Shown: positions 15,986 through 25,934, counted from the first letter of the stretch. The stretch: DNA of 64,000 bases from Alphaproteobacteria bacterium (GCA_002722515.1 PBMH01000007.1:2730-66729), one strand, 5' to 3'. Notes: generated by a model not told the origin, from the letters alone. Program-made: numbers and translations.

Positions 15986-16957
15986 TTATTTCGAGATAAT
16001 ATTTTCTTGAAAAAAATCAACAACAGTATTCACAACACCGTCTAGAAAAACACGATCCTTCCCTGATCCACCCTCTTTCGTAAAGCATTTCTGTCTTATT
16101 TCCTCGCGTGATGTAATGGAGCCATCAGAAAACACAAAAGACCCGCTTGATATCTTTATAACTGGATTATACCGACATCCATTAAAGGCCAGTCCGTTAA
16201 TAATCCTTCCGTTCGAACTGAAAAAATGGTTTGCACCGTTGATCACTTCCATCTTAATGGTATTTCCACTTTTTCTGACCATCTCTGTAAAATAATAGCA
16301 GGGTTCGGGATAATAATGACTCTCTGAACCTTTTATTAATAATATAGGGAATGAAACTTTTATTGGTTCATTGATCACGTTGCACCCCGGTTCTATGGAT
16401 GCCACAGACCGCCATGGTACGGAATTTGGCCTTTCAACCATGACGCCTACTGATTTGTTGACCTGGCGGGCGCCGTAGCTAAATCCGGTATAAAAAATAT
16501 TTTTAGAGTCGAAGCGTGGGTCGGTAGAAAAAATATGTTTTAGGTCGAGTGCGTACTGATACGCGTTGGGGAATTGTCCCTTATTGTTTGGTTTCAAATC
16601 GGTTTTATAGAACGCATCTATAGCTACAACAGCAAAACCGCGATCTATTCCGGTTTTTATAATTCTACTAGAAAATTCGTCAGTTTTTCCGGTACTGTTT
16701 GGAAAACGGATTCCGTCTCGGCTGCTTCCATGTTGAGTAATTATTAACGGAACAGGCGATACCATAACCTTTGGAATACTTAAAAACGCGGCAACAAGTT
16801 TTTTTTCACCTCTACTGGAACTTTGGAATAATATTGTTTCGGTGTCGTGGGATTGTTCGATATTATTCTCCAAAGAACATCCAATTAAAAATAATAAAAT
16901 AGGGATTAATAAAATAAAACAAAGGGGTTTTGGCGTATTATTGGTCCACGTGTCCAA
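15986..16957 (-). CDS. Alpha/beta-hydrolase lipoprotein (dienelactone-hydrolase-like)
   Basis: Lipobox LLFLIGCS; GFSYGA nucleophile elbow. The gene is AT-rich relative to its flanks. Confidence 0.55.
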   Translation of the reverse strand: MDTWTNNTPKPLCFILLIPILLFLIGCSLENNIEQSHDTETILFQSSSRGEKKLVAAFLSIPKVMVSPVPLIITQHGSSRDGIRFPNSTGKTDEFSSRIIKTGIDRGFAVVAIDAFYKTDLKPNNKGQFPNAYQYALDLKHIFSTDPRFDSKNIFYTGFSYGARQVNKSVGVMVERPNSVPWRSVASIEPGCNVINEPIKVSFPILLIKGSESHYYPEPCYYFTEMVRKSGNTIKMEVINGANHFFSSNGRIINGLAFNGCRYNPVIKISSGSFVFSDGSITSREEIRQKCFTKEGGSGKDRVFLDGVVNTVVDFFQENIISK

Positions 16958-17230
16958 GTGGCTTCTCCCACGTTAAAGTGCGTTTCGGTGTGGTTTTTTT
17001 GGCGAGCGCAGGGCTTGGCGGTGCAAAGACGCCTTGCGTGGCGATACCCCCCCCGTGGCTGGGTTGATGGCCCTCATTCTCAGCCTTTGGTTTTGTAGCA
17101 GAGGGTCAGTGATAGCCTCGGCGGCGGTGAGCCGCGTGATCTGGGTGATGCAAAAGTGGGTGGGGTATCTTTGGCGAACGATGGCCGGTGCGAGTGGAGA
17201 GTTGAGGTGACGGTTTCATGGCGGGGCAGG

Positions 17231-17542
17231 TCAGGCGGTTAATGCCGTTCGGCCTTTGTCTGTCAGGCGACAGACTAGCCAGTCTGGTTTGATTGGATTG
17301 TCGAACCAAGGCTCGGCGAGACCTTTGCGAATGCAGCTCTTCACGGTACGCGTGCTTATTTTTTGGCCGTCCCGGTCGAACAGTGGCAGTTTTCCGCCGG
17401 GTTGTTCTAGGCCGCGCGCGAGCCACGCCCTCTGGGGGCCACTGAGATTTCCGCGGGTAGGTATTTTGCGGTCGCCGCGCGGGCGGTGCGGCTGAAGCGC
17501 CACCACGTTGTTATGCGCCGCGAAAGTTTTTCTGGCCGCCAT
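17231..17542 (-). CDS. Hypothetical 103-aa basic protein
   Basis: ORF only, in a GC-rich stretch where spurious ORFs are common. No motif recognised. Confidence 0.35.
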   Translation of the reverse strand: MAARKTFAAHNNVVALQPHRPRGDRKIPTRGNLSGPQRAWLARGLEQPGGKLPLFDRDGQKISTRTVKSCIRKGLAEPWFDNPIKPDWLVCRLTDKGRTALTA

Positions 17543-17811
17543 GATTTTCTCCGTCGGTTTAGCCGCTCCCCGCGACCGCCGATACGCCAGATCGTAGTGT
17601 ACAAGGATGCCCGCGCCAAGGGGCTCGCAATGTAAGTGAGAAACATAAAAGGAATATTGATCGGATACCCAACAAGAGCTGCGCCAGTTGAGGCTCGGCT
17701 ATTCAGGCGAGGCGGTGGTGCTAGGAAAAGGTGCAGGCATGGCCGGATCTGTCGCCATTTGGTATAACAGCGGTAACTATCGGTACTAACTAAAACTGCG
17801 GGGAAAGACCC

Positions 17812-18303
17812 ATGAACGATAAGGTTTGGAAGATTTATCTGTCGGGTGAGATTCACTCCGACTGGCGCGAGCAGATAGAGAATGGCTGTGCTGAGGCCGG
17901 TCTGCCGGTCGCGTTCGCCGCACCAATCACCGAGCATGATGATTCGGATGATTGCGGTGTCGCCGTCTTCGGCTCTGAGCCCGACAAGTTCTGGCATGAT
18001 CATAAAGGGGCACTGCTCAACTCATTGCGGACTGGTACCCTGATTGAGGACGCTGACGTGGTCGTGGTACGTTTTGGCGAGAAATATAAACAGTGGAACG
18101 CGGCCTTCGATGCCGGCTATGCGGCCGCGCTGGGTAAACCGATAATTACGCTCCACCCACCTGAGCATGATCATGCGTTGAAGGAGGTAGACGCGACCGC
18201 GAAGGGCGTCGCCCGCGAACCCTACCAGGTAGTGCAAGCTCTAGCTTACGCCATTAATGGGGGAATGCCGACACAGTGGTACCAGAAGGATGCTGCGGAA
18301 TAG
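17812..18303 (+). CDS. YtoQ-family protein (nucleoside 2-deoxyribosyltransferase-like fold)
   Basis: WKIYLSGEIHSDWREQI N-terminus, characteristic of YtoQ. Confidence 0.7.
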   Translation: MNDKVWKIYLSGEIHSDWREQIENGCAEAGLPVAFAAPITEHDDSDDCGVAVFGSEPDKFWHDHKGALLNSLRTGTLIEDADVVVVRFGEKYKQWNAAFDAGYAAALGKPIITLHPPEHDHALKEVDATAKGVAREPYQVVQALAYAINGGMPTQWYQKDAAE

Positions 18304-18369
18304 CCACAACATTGCAACTTTGATGTTTTGATCATTGCGCAGCTAGCCGGTGGTGTGGTTTGCGTTTGT

Positions 18370-19686
18370 TTATTCTGACACCTTCTTCTGGGCGTAGGAT
18401 AGCGCTTGGTCTAGGTCGGCGATGATGTCGTCGAGTGTCTCCAGACCGATCGACAGCCGGACCACGTCTGGACCCGCACCTGAGGCGATCTGCTGATCCT
18501 CGGTGAGCTGGCGATGGGTGGTTGAGGCTGGGTGGATTATTAATGACCGCGTGTCGCCGAGGTTGGCGAGGTGCGATAGCAGCTCAACGCTCTCCACGGC
18601 TCGTACGCCTGCCTCGTAACCGCCCTTGAGGCCAAATGTGAATACCGATCCGGGCCCTTTGGGCAGATATTTTTTCGCCAGAGCGTGATACGGGCTCGAC
18701 TTTAGTCCCGCATAGGACACCCAGGCTACGGCAGGATGTCGCTCTAGGAACTCTGCTACCGCCTGGCCGTTCTCGAGGTGCCGATCCATGCGGACGGGTA
18801 GGCTCTCGATCCCGGTCAGGATATTGAAGGCGTTCTGAGGTGCTAGGGTTGGGCCCAGGTCGCGCAGCGCTACGGCCTTGGCCTTGGTTGAAAAACCGAA
18901 GTCGCCGAATGTCTCGTAGAAGGTTAGGCCGTGATAAGCTGGGTCTGGTTCGCTCATTGATGGGAACTTATCGTTCTGGGCCCAGTCAAAATTCCCGCTC
19001 TCCACCACGATGCCTCCCATGGACGTGCCATGGCCACCGAGGAACTTGGTCATCGAATGGATTGAGATGTCCGCCCCCCAATCAAACGGCCGGCATAGGT
19101 AGGGGGTGGCCATAGTGTTGTCGACTATTAACGGGATTCCAGCTTCCTTGGCGATCATGGCTATAGGCTCAAGGTCGACGATTATGCCTCCGGGGTTAGC
19201 CAGCACCTCAAGGAAAATTGCCTTGGTTTTTCTATCGATGGCATTTCGAAAATTCTCCGGGTCTGCCGGGTCGACGAAATTTACATGCCAGTCGAATTTC
19301 TTGAACGTATGCGCAAACTGGGTGACCGAGCCGCCGTAGAGATTACGAGAGGCGACAAAGTTGTCACCTGGGTTCATCAGCACGAACATTGCCAACATCT
19401 GAGCGGCATGACCGCTAGCGCAGGCAACCGCGCCGCGCCCGTCCTCTAGGGCCGCGACCTTCTCTTCGAGTGCGGAGACCGTTGGGTTAGTCAGGCGGGA
19501 GGATATGTAGCCGAAGGTCTGCAGGTTGAAGAGTGAGGCGGCGTGGTCTGAATCGTCGAAAACATATGCCGTCGTTTGGTAGATCGGCACGTTGCGTGCG
19601 CCGGTCTTCTCGTCGGGTGATGCGCCGGCATGAATCGCAAGGGTCTCAAAGCCGTGCGGGCGCGGCTCGTTCGTGTTGCCTGACAT
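18370..19686 (-). CDS. metY: O-acetylhomoserine aminocarboxypropyltransferase (sulfhydrylase)
   Basis: FETLAIHAG...YQTTAYVF...SMTKFLGGHG (PLP lysine). ATG at 19684..19686 with GGAAGGAG upstream. Confidence 0.9.
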   Translation of the reverse strand: MSGNTNEPRPHGFETLAIHAGASPDEKTGARNVPIYQTTAYVFDDSDHAASLFNLQTFGYISSRLTNPTVSALEEKVAALEDGRGAVACASGHAAQMLAMFVLMNPGDNFVASRNLYGGSVTQFAHTFKKFDWHVNFVDPADPENFRNAIDRKTKAIFLEVLANPGGIIVDLEPIAMIAKEAGIPLIVDNTMATPYLCRPFDWGADISIHSMTKFLGGHGTSMGGIVVESGNFDWAQNDKFPSMSEPDPAYHGLTFYETFGDFGFSTKAKAVALRDLGPTLAPQNAFNILTGIESLPVRMDRHLENGQAVAEFLERHPAVAWVSYAGLKSSPYHALAKKYLPKGPGSVFTFGLKGGYEAGVRAVESVELLSHLANLGDTRSLIIHPASTTHRQLTEDQQIASGAGPDVVRLSIGLETLDDIIADLDQALSYAQKKVSE

Positions 19687-19813
19687 TCCTTTGCTCCTTC
19701 CTTCGTCGTTCCTCCGAAGGCGGGAACGTATAGTGACTTGCACATGAACGGTTTGTGGGTGTCCATCGTTGTGGACATAACGCCTATTTAAAGTAGATTT
19801 TGACTGCTTAACG

Positions 19814-20302
19814 TCATGCCCTAATTCGGCGTGAGCGCCTTGAGGTGATTACCCTGGTGTTGATGCCGCTCCAGCCGAGTTCGCCGGTCAGACGGCCGAA
19901 CTCAATTTTTGGGCAGCGGTCCATGATCACAGTTATGCCCGCATCCGCCGCCTTCTTGGCGGCTTCGTCGTGGCGCACCGTGAGCTGCATCCAGATAACC
20001 TTGACGCCAACTTCAATAGCTTCATCAACTACCGGTGGTACGCGGTCCGAACGCTGGAAAATATCGACCATGTCGATATGAACCGGGATGTCTTTGAGGT
20101 TGGTGTAGACCTCCTCGCCTAGCAGGGTGTCGCCGGCTGCGCGCGGGTTCACCGGTATCACCCGGTACCCCTTCTCTTGGAGATATTTCATGGCGAAGTA
20201 GCTCGGCCGATTCCAGTTACTACTGGCACCTACCATGGCGATCACGTCTGTGTCGCGCAGCACGCGTCGAATCTGCCAGTCCGGATAGTATAGCTTGCTC
20301 AT
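19814..20302 (-). CDS. CoA-binding (YccU/YneT-like) protein
   Basis: IAMVGASSNWNRPSYFAMKYLQEKGYRVIPVNP...IWMQL...VIMDRCP. Confidence 0.8.
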   Translation of the reverse strand: MSKLYYPDWQIRRVLRDTDVIAMVGASSNWNRPSYFAMKYLQEKGYRVIPVNPRAAGDTLLGEEVYTNLKDIPVHIDMVDIFQRSDRVPPVVDEAIEVGVKVIWMQLTVRHDEAAKKAADAGITVIMDRCPKIEFGRLTGELGWSGINTRVITSRRSRRIRA

Positions 20303-20310
20303 ATCATTTC

Positions 20311-20775
20311 CTAGGTGACGGTCTTCAGGCGGGGTAGTTCGATGGCTGGGCAACGATCCATAATCACGGTCAAACCGCTCGCCTCGGCCTTGGCTGCAGC
20401 CGTTTCATTGATGACCTTTAGCTGCATCCAGATATAGGTGGCGCCTATCTGAATCGCTTCATCGACTACCGGCGGAACTTTCCACGGCAGACGGAAAATC
20501 TCGACCATATCGACCTTCACGGGGAGGTCGAGGAGCGAGGCATAGACCGTCTCGCCGTGGATTTCCTCGCCCAGCGCGTCCGGGTTTACGGGGTAGACTT
20601 TGTAGCCCTCTTTCTGCAGGTAGCGCATGACCCGCCAGCTAGCCCGCGTCTCGCCGCGCGGACTCGCACCCACTAGACCAATTGTTCGCACCTCGTCGAA
20701 GAGTTTACGAAACAACTCATCGGAATAGGTCAACTGTTTTCCCGAATCCATTACCATCGCAGTGTTATCCGTCAT
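20311..20775 (-). CDS. CoA-binding (YccU/YneT-like) protein, tandem paralog
   Basis: IGLVGASPRGETRASWRVMRYLQKEGYKVYPVNP...IWMQL...VIMDRCP. Start is uncertain (20775, 20754 or 20748). Confidence 0.75.
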   Translation of the reverse strand: MTDNTAMVMDSGKQLTYSDELFRKLFDEVRTIGLVGASPRGETRASWRVMRYLQKEGYKVYPVNPDALGEEIHGETVYASLLDLPVKVDMVEIFRLPWKVPPVVDEAIQIGATYIWMQLKVINETAAAKAEASGLTVIMDRCPAIELPRLKTVT

Positions 20776-21610
20776 CCCCGTCGCGGGATCCCTGGTCCCA
20801 TTCGGGATTACGTTTCTCGATGAAGGCGTCAATGCCTTCCGCTGCGTCCCGGTCCATCATGTTGCGCGCCATTTCTTTGCCAGTGAACGCGTAAGCGTCG
20901 GAGATACCCATCTCAAGCTGCCGATAGAACGCCTGCTTGCCTAGCGCAAGCGCGTGGGCACTCTTGCGAGCCAGCTTAGCCGCCAATTCACTCACAGTTT
21001 CGTCGAGGAGGCCTTTGGGAACCACTTGATTGATCAGGCCAATCTCCGCTGCGCGTGGTGCCTCGAGGAAATCACCGGTCAGCAGCAAGTCCATAGCGTG
21101 CTTTCGGGCTACTGAACGTCCTACTGCCACCCCGGGGGTTGAGCAGAACAGGCCAACATTGATACCCGACGTGGCTAGTCGCACTGTGTCAGCAGCGATT
21201 GCGAGGTCGCAGGTCGCGACCAACTGGCAGCCAGCGGCTGTTGCCAGCCCGCCCACTTTGGCAATAACTGGTTGAGGAAGCCGAAGCACCGACTGCATCA
21301 TTTGGGAGCAAGTGGCAAAAAGCTTCTTCTGATATGCGAGGCTGTAGTTGGTGCGCATCTCCTTAAGATTGTGGCCGGCGCAGAACGCGCGACCCGCGCC
21401 TTCGAGCACCACAACCCGGACGGTGCGGTCCGTAGCAATATCATCAAGTTCGGCTTGCAGGGATGCGAGCATGCCCTCGGACAACGCGTTCAATTCATCG
21501 GGACGGTTTAGGCGAAGCGTGGTGATACCGTCCGCACCATCATTGTTGGCGCGTAGGACATAGGGAGAGGCATCGGCGTAGGCTTTGTTCCGGCTTTCGG
21601 TATTGCTCAT
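20765..21610 (-). CDS. Enoyl-CoA hydratase/isomerase (crotonase) family protein
   Basis: LNRPDELNALS...VVLEGAGRAFCAGHNLKEM...AKVGGLATAAGCQL. Confidence 0.9.
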   Translation of the reverse strand: MSNTESRNKAYADASPYVLRANNDGADGITTLRLNRPDELNALSEGMLASLQAELDDIATDRTVRVVVLEGAGRAFCAGHNLKEMRTNYSLAYQKKLFATCSQMMQSVLRLPQPVIAKVGGLATAAGCQLVATCDLAIAADTVRLATSGINVGLFCSTPGVAVGRSVARKHAMDLLLTGDFLEAPRAAEIGLINQVVPKGLLDETVSELAAKLARKSAHALALGKQAFYRQLEMGISDAYAFTGKEMARNMMDRDAAEGIDAFIEKRNPEWDQGSRDGDDG

Positions 21611-21762
21611 TACGGTTCCATTAGGTGTTGTCTGTTCAAGATGGTCCGGTTTGAGGTCGGTGGCAATGTATTACGAGCAGGCGTCTCACACACAAGCTCG
21701 TAACACTTGTGGTATCATAATACCGTTCTTCTAAACCCATGCACAAAAACGCTGAATTCGGT

Positions 21763-21791
21763 TTGACATCACCATTTCAGTGCCATACAAC
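21763..21791 (+). promoter_or_regulatory. Candidate sigma70-type promoter for rplM-rpsI
   Basis: TTGACA (21763..21768), a 17-nt spacer, then TACAAC (21786..21791), about 110 nt upstream of rplM. Confidence 0.3.
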
Positions 21792-21899
21792 CTGCCGCCG
21801 CTTCTTGAACCGTGCTCGGTACGGTAGCAGTACCTCATTCCGGACTATACCGGTGCCAAGCGGGTGAGACAGAAATACCAAGAGAAGGTGGCCAGCGCC

Positions 21900-22370
21900 A
21901 TGAAGACATATTCCGCGAAACCTAGTGAGGTTGAAGCCAAATGGTGGATCATTGATGCCGAAGGTGTCGTGCTTGGCCGTATGGCAGCGATCATTGCGAA
22001 CCGGCTGCGTGGCAAGCACAAACCGATGTATACGCCGAACATCGATTGCGGGGACCATGTCGTCGTGGTCAACGCCGACAAGGTGCGGCTGACCGGTAAC
22101 AAGCGTGACGCTAAGACCTATTACTGGCACACGGGGTATCCGGGCGGGATTAAGGCCCGCACGGCCGACAAGTATCTCGACAGTGAGCAGTCTGATGTTG
22201 TTGTCAGAAAAGCCGTTGAGCGGATGCTGCCGAAGACGAAGATGGGCCGCGAGCAGTACCGTAAGCTCAAAGTCTATGCCGGGACTGAGCATCCGCACGA
22301 GGCGCAGCAGCCCCAGCTGCTAGACCTCGCTTCTATGAACTCAAAGAATAAGAGGGGTGGCGCGGTATGA
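21900..22370 (+). CDS. rplM: 50S ribosomal protein L13
   Basis: [42 protein letters not shown]. Confidence 0.97.
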   Translation: MKTYSAKPSEVEAKWWIIDAEGVVLGRMAAIIANRLRGKHKPMYTPNIDCGDHVVVVNADKVRLTGNKRDAKTYYWHTGYPGGIKARTADKYLDSEQSDVVVRKAVERMLPKTKMGREQYRKLKVYAGTEHPHEAQQPQLLDLASMNSKNKRGGAV

Positions 22371-22873
22371 CCGACGAGACCCAGACTACCGAAATACCCG
22401 CTGAGGGCGATACAGCCATCGCAGCAGCAGCTGCGGCACTCGCTGAGGCAGCTGGCCAGGTGCAAGCCGAACCCAAGATTGATGAGCATGGCCGCACCTA
22501 TGCGACCGGAAAGCGCAAAGATGCGGTCGCCCGTGTCTGGATAAAGCCAGGCAACGGTCAGCTAACCGTCAATGGTCGGACGGGCGAGGTTTACTTCGCA
22601 CGTCCCGTGCTGCGCATGGTCTTGTCCCAGCCCTTTCAGGTTACCGATCGGCTGGGCCAATATGACATCTTTTGTACGGTTACTGGCGGTGGTCTCTCGG
22701 GCCAGGCTGGCGCAGTGCGCCACGGTATCTCCAAGGCTCTTGCGCTGCGCGAGCCAGAGTTGCGCCCGATACTCAAGAAAGTTGGCATGCTTACTCGCGA
22801 CAGTCGCGTGGTTGAGCGTAAGAAGTATGGACGCGCTAAAGCCCGCCGGAGCTTCCAGTTCTCAAAGCGTTAG
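22367..22873 (+). CDS. rpsI: 30S ribosomal protein S9
   Basis: [17 protein letters not shown]...[14 protein letters not shown] overlap with rplM. Confidence 0.97.
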   Translation: MTDETQTTEIPAEGDTAIAAAAAALAEAAGQVQAEPKIDEHGRTYATGKRKDAVARVWIKPGNGQLTVNGRTGEVYFARPVLRMVLSQPFQVTDRLGQYDIFCTVTGGGLSGQAGAVRHGISKALALREPELRPILKKVGMLTRDSRVVERKKYGRAKARRSFQFSKR

Positions 22874-23670
22874 CATCGAACGAGTTGTTTCCTCAACGAT
22901 TTAAAAGGGATGCAAGAAATTGCATCCCTTTTCTGTGACTCGCCTGTTGTCTTAACATCATCTTCATTAGGCAACGGAGCGAAACTATCCATTACCGTAT
23001 CTAATCCCCAATAGTCCCAATTCGGATCGCGCCGGCGGGCAAACAGCTCAATACGAGGCTGAGTAGGGAACATCGCTTCAATGCGTTTAGCAGCCTCTAA
23101 TGGCTTCTCACTGTGATCTCTACGAGGGCTTTCAATTAACTGCTTAATGTTTCTTGCGCCACGCGGCGTTGGAATACGACCACGCTTGAAAAGCAAACAT
23201 AGTTCACAATACGACAACGTATACTGACCTGGGTTATGGACCATCTTATTCCATATAAAGGCGACAGTTTTGTACTCAAAACCCCACGCTTCGCCTAACT
23301 CTATTGCCTGTGCTAAATGGGGGTTGGTAGCCCACATAAACAAAAGTGAGTCATCTTTAGCGATGCTCGTTAGTGGCAGCTTCTTAAGTTCTTTTAACTT
23401 AAGGGTAGGGTACTTAAATGACGCGGAACTGATAAAAATCTTTTTACTTAAATCAATTTTATCTTTCGTAGTGCTTGACTTATCAAATTGCATTTTTCCA
23501 CCGTAATCCCACGGTGGGTCAGCATAAATGATGTCATAGTGACTACTTGGAAGCTTTGGGTAAAGGTCTTCAAGCGTATTCACTTTTGTTCGACGCTTTG
23601 CGTCTTCGTTGTATATGGAGTAGCCTGTGCGCTCTTCTGACATTGAAATCTCTTTGGATAATTTAAACAT
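22870..23670 (-). CDS. MT-A70-family N6-adenine methyltransferase (orphan)
   Basis: [12 protein letters not shown] (DPPW catalytic motif) and [12 protein letters not shown]-rich. Start at 23670 or 23643. The 3' tail reads through the rpsI terminator and overlaps the rpsI stop by 4 nt. Confidence 0.8.
   Translation of the reverse strand: MFKLSKEISMSEERTGYSIYNEDAKRRTKVNTLEDLYPKLPSSHYDIIYADPPWDYGGKMQFDKSSTTKDKIDLSKKIFISSASFKYPTLKLKELKKLPLTSIAKDDSLLFMWATNPHLAQAIELGEAWGFEYKTVAFIWNKMVHNPGQYTLSYCELCLLFKRGRIPTPRGARNIKQLIESPRRDHSEKPLEAAKRIEAMFPTQPRIELFARRRDPNWDYWGLDTVMDSFAPLPNEDDVKTTGESQKRDAISCIPFKSLRKQLVRC
22903..22932 (+). terminator. Intrinsic terminator hairpin after rpsI; symmetric, so potentially bidirectional
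   Basis: aaaagggatgca-agaaat-tgcatccctttt: a GC-containing 8-bp core stem flanked by an A-run and a T-run. Confidence 0.7.
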
Positions 23671-23746
23671 ACCTAATAGCAAAGCGCTAAGATTCAAAAC
23701 AAAAGCAATACAATTAAAACAAGAGCTTAAGACGTTTTGTGGATTT

Positions 23747-24805
23747 CTAGCGTGCGCGGGTTTTTGTATCAGAGGATTGCGCTGGCACAAGTGATTTCAC
23801 CAGCATGTCCATGCGCAGGACGCCGACCTTTCGTTCACCGTCCTTTACGAGGTAGGTCTTCCGGGTGTCGCCCTCTGCCATCGCAATGACGGTCTCCAGG
23901 TTTTCCTCCTGATCGATCTCTCCGGCAATGTTTATACCGTCGGTGACAACTGTCTTGTCCATTACTGTGCGAACCCTTAGGACTCGGGCCCGGTTTATGT
24001 CACTGACGAAGTCCACGATGTAGGGGTCGCCTGGCTCTAGCAGAATCTTTTGGGGTTCGTCCTGTTGGACCACGCGCCCGTCCTTAAGAATTACCAGATG
24101 GTCCGCTAGCTTCAACGCCTCGTCCAGATCATGGGTGATAAACAGGATAGTCTTCTGCAGCTCCTGCTGCAGCTCGAGGAGTAGGTCTTGCATGTCCGTT
24201 CGGATCAAGGGATCGAGGGCGGAATAGGCCTCATCCATTAGCATGACGTCCGCGTTGGAGGTGAGCGCGCGGGCGATGCCGACACGCTGCTGCATGCCGC
24301 CGGATAGCTGGTGCGGGTAGCTGTTCCCGTACCCCTGTAGGCCGACGCGATCCAGCCAATTCTCTGCATTACGCAGGTATGTGTCTCGATCGACGCCACG
24401 AACCTCTAGCGCCAGCGCAGCATTCTCTGCCACGGTCTTGTGTGGTAGGAGTGCAAACTTCTGGAATACCATCGACATCTGCTCGCGGCGGATACGGCGT
24501 AGTTCCGCGGGCGCGCAACTGAGGATATCACGACCCTCGAAGATTATCTTGCCGACGGTTGGGTCAATTAGCCTATTAACGTGCCTTATCAGTGTCGATT
24601 TTCCAGATCCCGATAGCCCCATGATCACCGTAATCTCGCCGCCCTTTGCGTCGACGTTGATGTTCTCGAGGCCCAGCACATGGCCGCACTTCTCGAGCAG
24701 CTCCGGCTTACTGAGTCCGTCGTGGCGCACCGCCTTGAGTGCGGTCATTGGATCGGGGCCGAAGACCTTGTAAAGGTCATGGATCCCGATCTTGGTCTCG
24801 CTCAT
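23747..24805 (-). CDS. proV: Glycine betaine/proline ABC transporter ATP-binding protein with a C-terminal CBS region
   Basis: GLSGSGKST (Walker A), LSGGMQQRVGIARAL, and a C-terminal extension. Confidence 0.9.
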   Translation of the reverse strand: MSETKIGIHDLYKVFGPDPMTALKAVRHDGLSKPELLEKCGHVLGLENINVDAKGGEITVIMGLSGSGKSTLIRHVNRLIDPTVGKIIFEGRDILSCAPAELRRIRREQMSMVFQKFALLPHKTVAENAALALEVRGVDRDTYLRNAENWLDRVGLQGYGNSYPHQLSGGMQQRVGIARALTSNADVMLMDEAYSALDPLIRTDMQDLLLELQQELQKTILFITHDLDEALKLADHLVILKDGRVVQQDEPQKILLEPGDPYIVDFVSDINRARVLRVRTVMDKTVVTDGINIAGEIDQEENLETVIAMAEGDTRKTYLVKDGERKVGVLRMDMLVKSLVPAQSSDTKTRAR

Positions 24806-25842
24806 CGATCCTGCCCCGCATTTATCCGCGCGAGAGCGAGCTTGGTGGTCCGATCGAGGATTACCGCAAGCACGACGATGCTCAGACCCGAGACCAGGCC
24901 GACGCCGAGCTCTAGGTTGCGGATGCCGCGAAGAACTAGCACGCCGAGGCCTGGCGCCGAGACGAGCGAGGCTATTACGACCATCGATAGGCTCATCATG
25001 ATTGTTTGGTTCACACCTGCCATGATATTTGGCAAGGCCAACGGAATTTGTACCTTGATCAGTTTCTGGCGGCCAGTCATGCCGAATGCGTCTGCAGCCT
25101 CGATTACGTCCTTGTCGACGAGACGGATGCCGAGATCGGTCAGGCGGACCACCGGTACGATCGCATATAGGATGATCGCGATGCCGTAGAGTTTCGGTTC
25201 GGTGACAGAGAAAAGGAAGATCAGAGGTATCAGATACACGAAGGCGGGCAGTGTTTGCAGCATGTCTAGGATCGGAATGATCATCCGCTGCAGGCGGTCA
25301 TTGCGCGCCATAGCGATCCCAATAGGTACGCCGAGGACCACGCACAAAATTGCACAGACGAAGATAACGGCGAGGGTCTGCGTCGCGAAGCTGTAGTAGT
25401 CAATGAAACTTAATGTTAGCAGGCACGCTCCCACAAAGACGACGAGTTTCTGCGATCGGCTGACCGCCAAGGTCAACGCCAAGAGGACCGGGATCATAAT
25501 CCACCAAGGGGCGGTCTCGAATAGCCATAGCGCGCCCTCTAGGAACCAGCTAAGTGGCTGGGTAATCGGGTCGAGGACCAAGCTCAGACCGTCTTTTACG
25601 GAGAGGAAGCCTTCCTCGATACCTTTAGTAAGGGCCCGCGACTGGGGGAAGGTGGCACAGGATTCATGAAGTTCGTCCATGGACGGGAACGGAAGTTCCC
25701 AAACGGATGGCGACGGAACATCGGTCCCAGCATTCTGGGCGAGAAGATCCGCCATGGAAGTCGGGCCGTTGGCAGTTGTTTCGCCGCTTTCGCACCAGGA
25801 CTGAAGTCCCAGAGTCGAGAAGATCGGCTCGTAGGGCCCCAT
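24802..25842 (-). CDS. proW: Glycine betaine/proline ABC transporter permease
   Basis: Polytopic permease with an EAA-like loop (DKDVIEAADAFGMTGRQKL). ATGA overlap with proV. Confidence 0.85.
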   Translation of the reverse strand: MGPYEPIFSTLGLQSWCESGETTANGPTSMADLLAQNAGTDVPSPSVWELPFPSMDELHESCATFPQSRALTKGIEEGFLSVKDGLSLVLDPITQPLSWFLEGALWLFETAPWWIMIPVLLALTLAVSRSQKLVVFVGACLLTLSFIDYYSFATQTLAVIFVCAILCVVLGVPIGIAMARNDRLQRMIIPILDMLQTLPAFVYLIPLIFLFSVTEPKLYGIAIILYAIVPVVRLTDLGIRLVDKDVIEAADAFGMTGRQKLIKVQIPLALPNIMAGVNQTIMMSLSMVVIASLVSAPGLGVLVLRGIRNLELGVGLVSGLSIVVLAVILDRTTKLALARINAGQDR

Positions 25843-25934
25843 TCCACGTTCCCGTTAATTTGTATTTATGGTCAAGACGCCCGGCCGGAAACACGAGTTC
25901 CCGGCCGCCAATCAGCTTATGGTGTCGGCGGATG

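Noticed and set aside
17106-17219. 37-aa His-rich mini-ORF (MKPSPQLSTRTGHRSPKIPHPLLHHPDHAAHRRRGYH), 11 nt downstream of the 103-aa ORF.
   Set aside because: No RBS or family support, and it lies in a GC-rich region prone to spurious ORFs. Mentioned only as part of the unexplained 16958..17811 stretch.
19687-19813. SAM-II or SAM-V riboswitch in the metY leader.
   Set aside because: I transcribed the leader. It contains two small hairpins (GUCCA-CAACGA-UGGAC, and GUUCC...GGAAC closing a CGCCUUCGGA loop). I could not find the conserved AAAGCU-type pseudoknot elements I associate with SAM-II/V. An Infernal scan would be needed to settle it.
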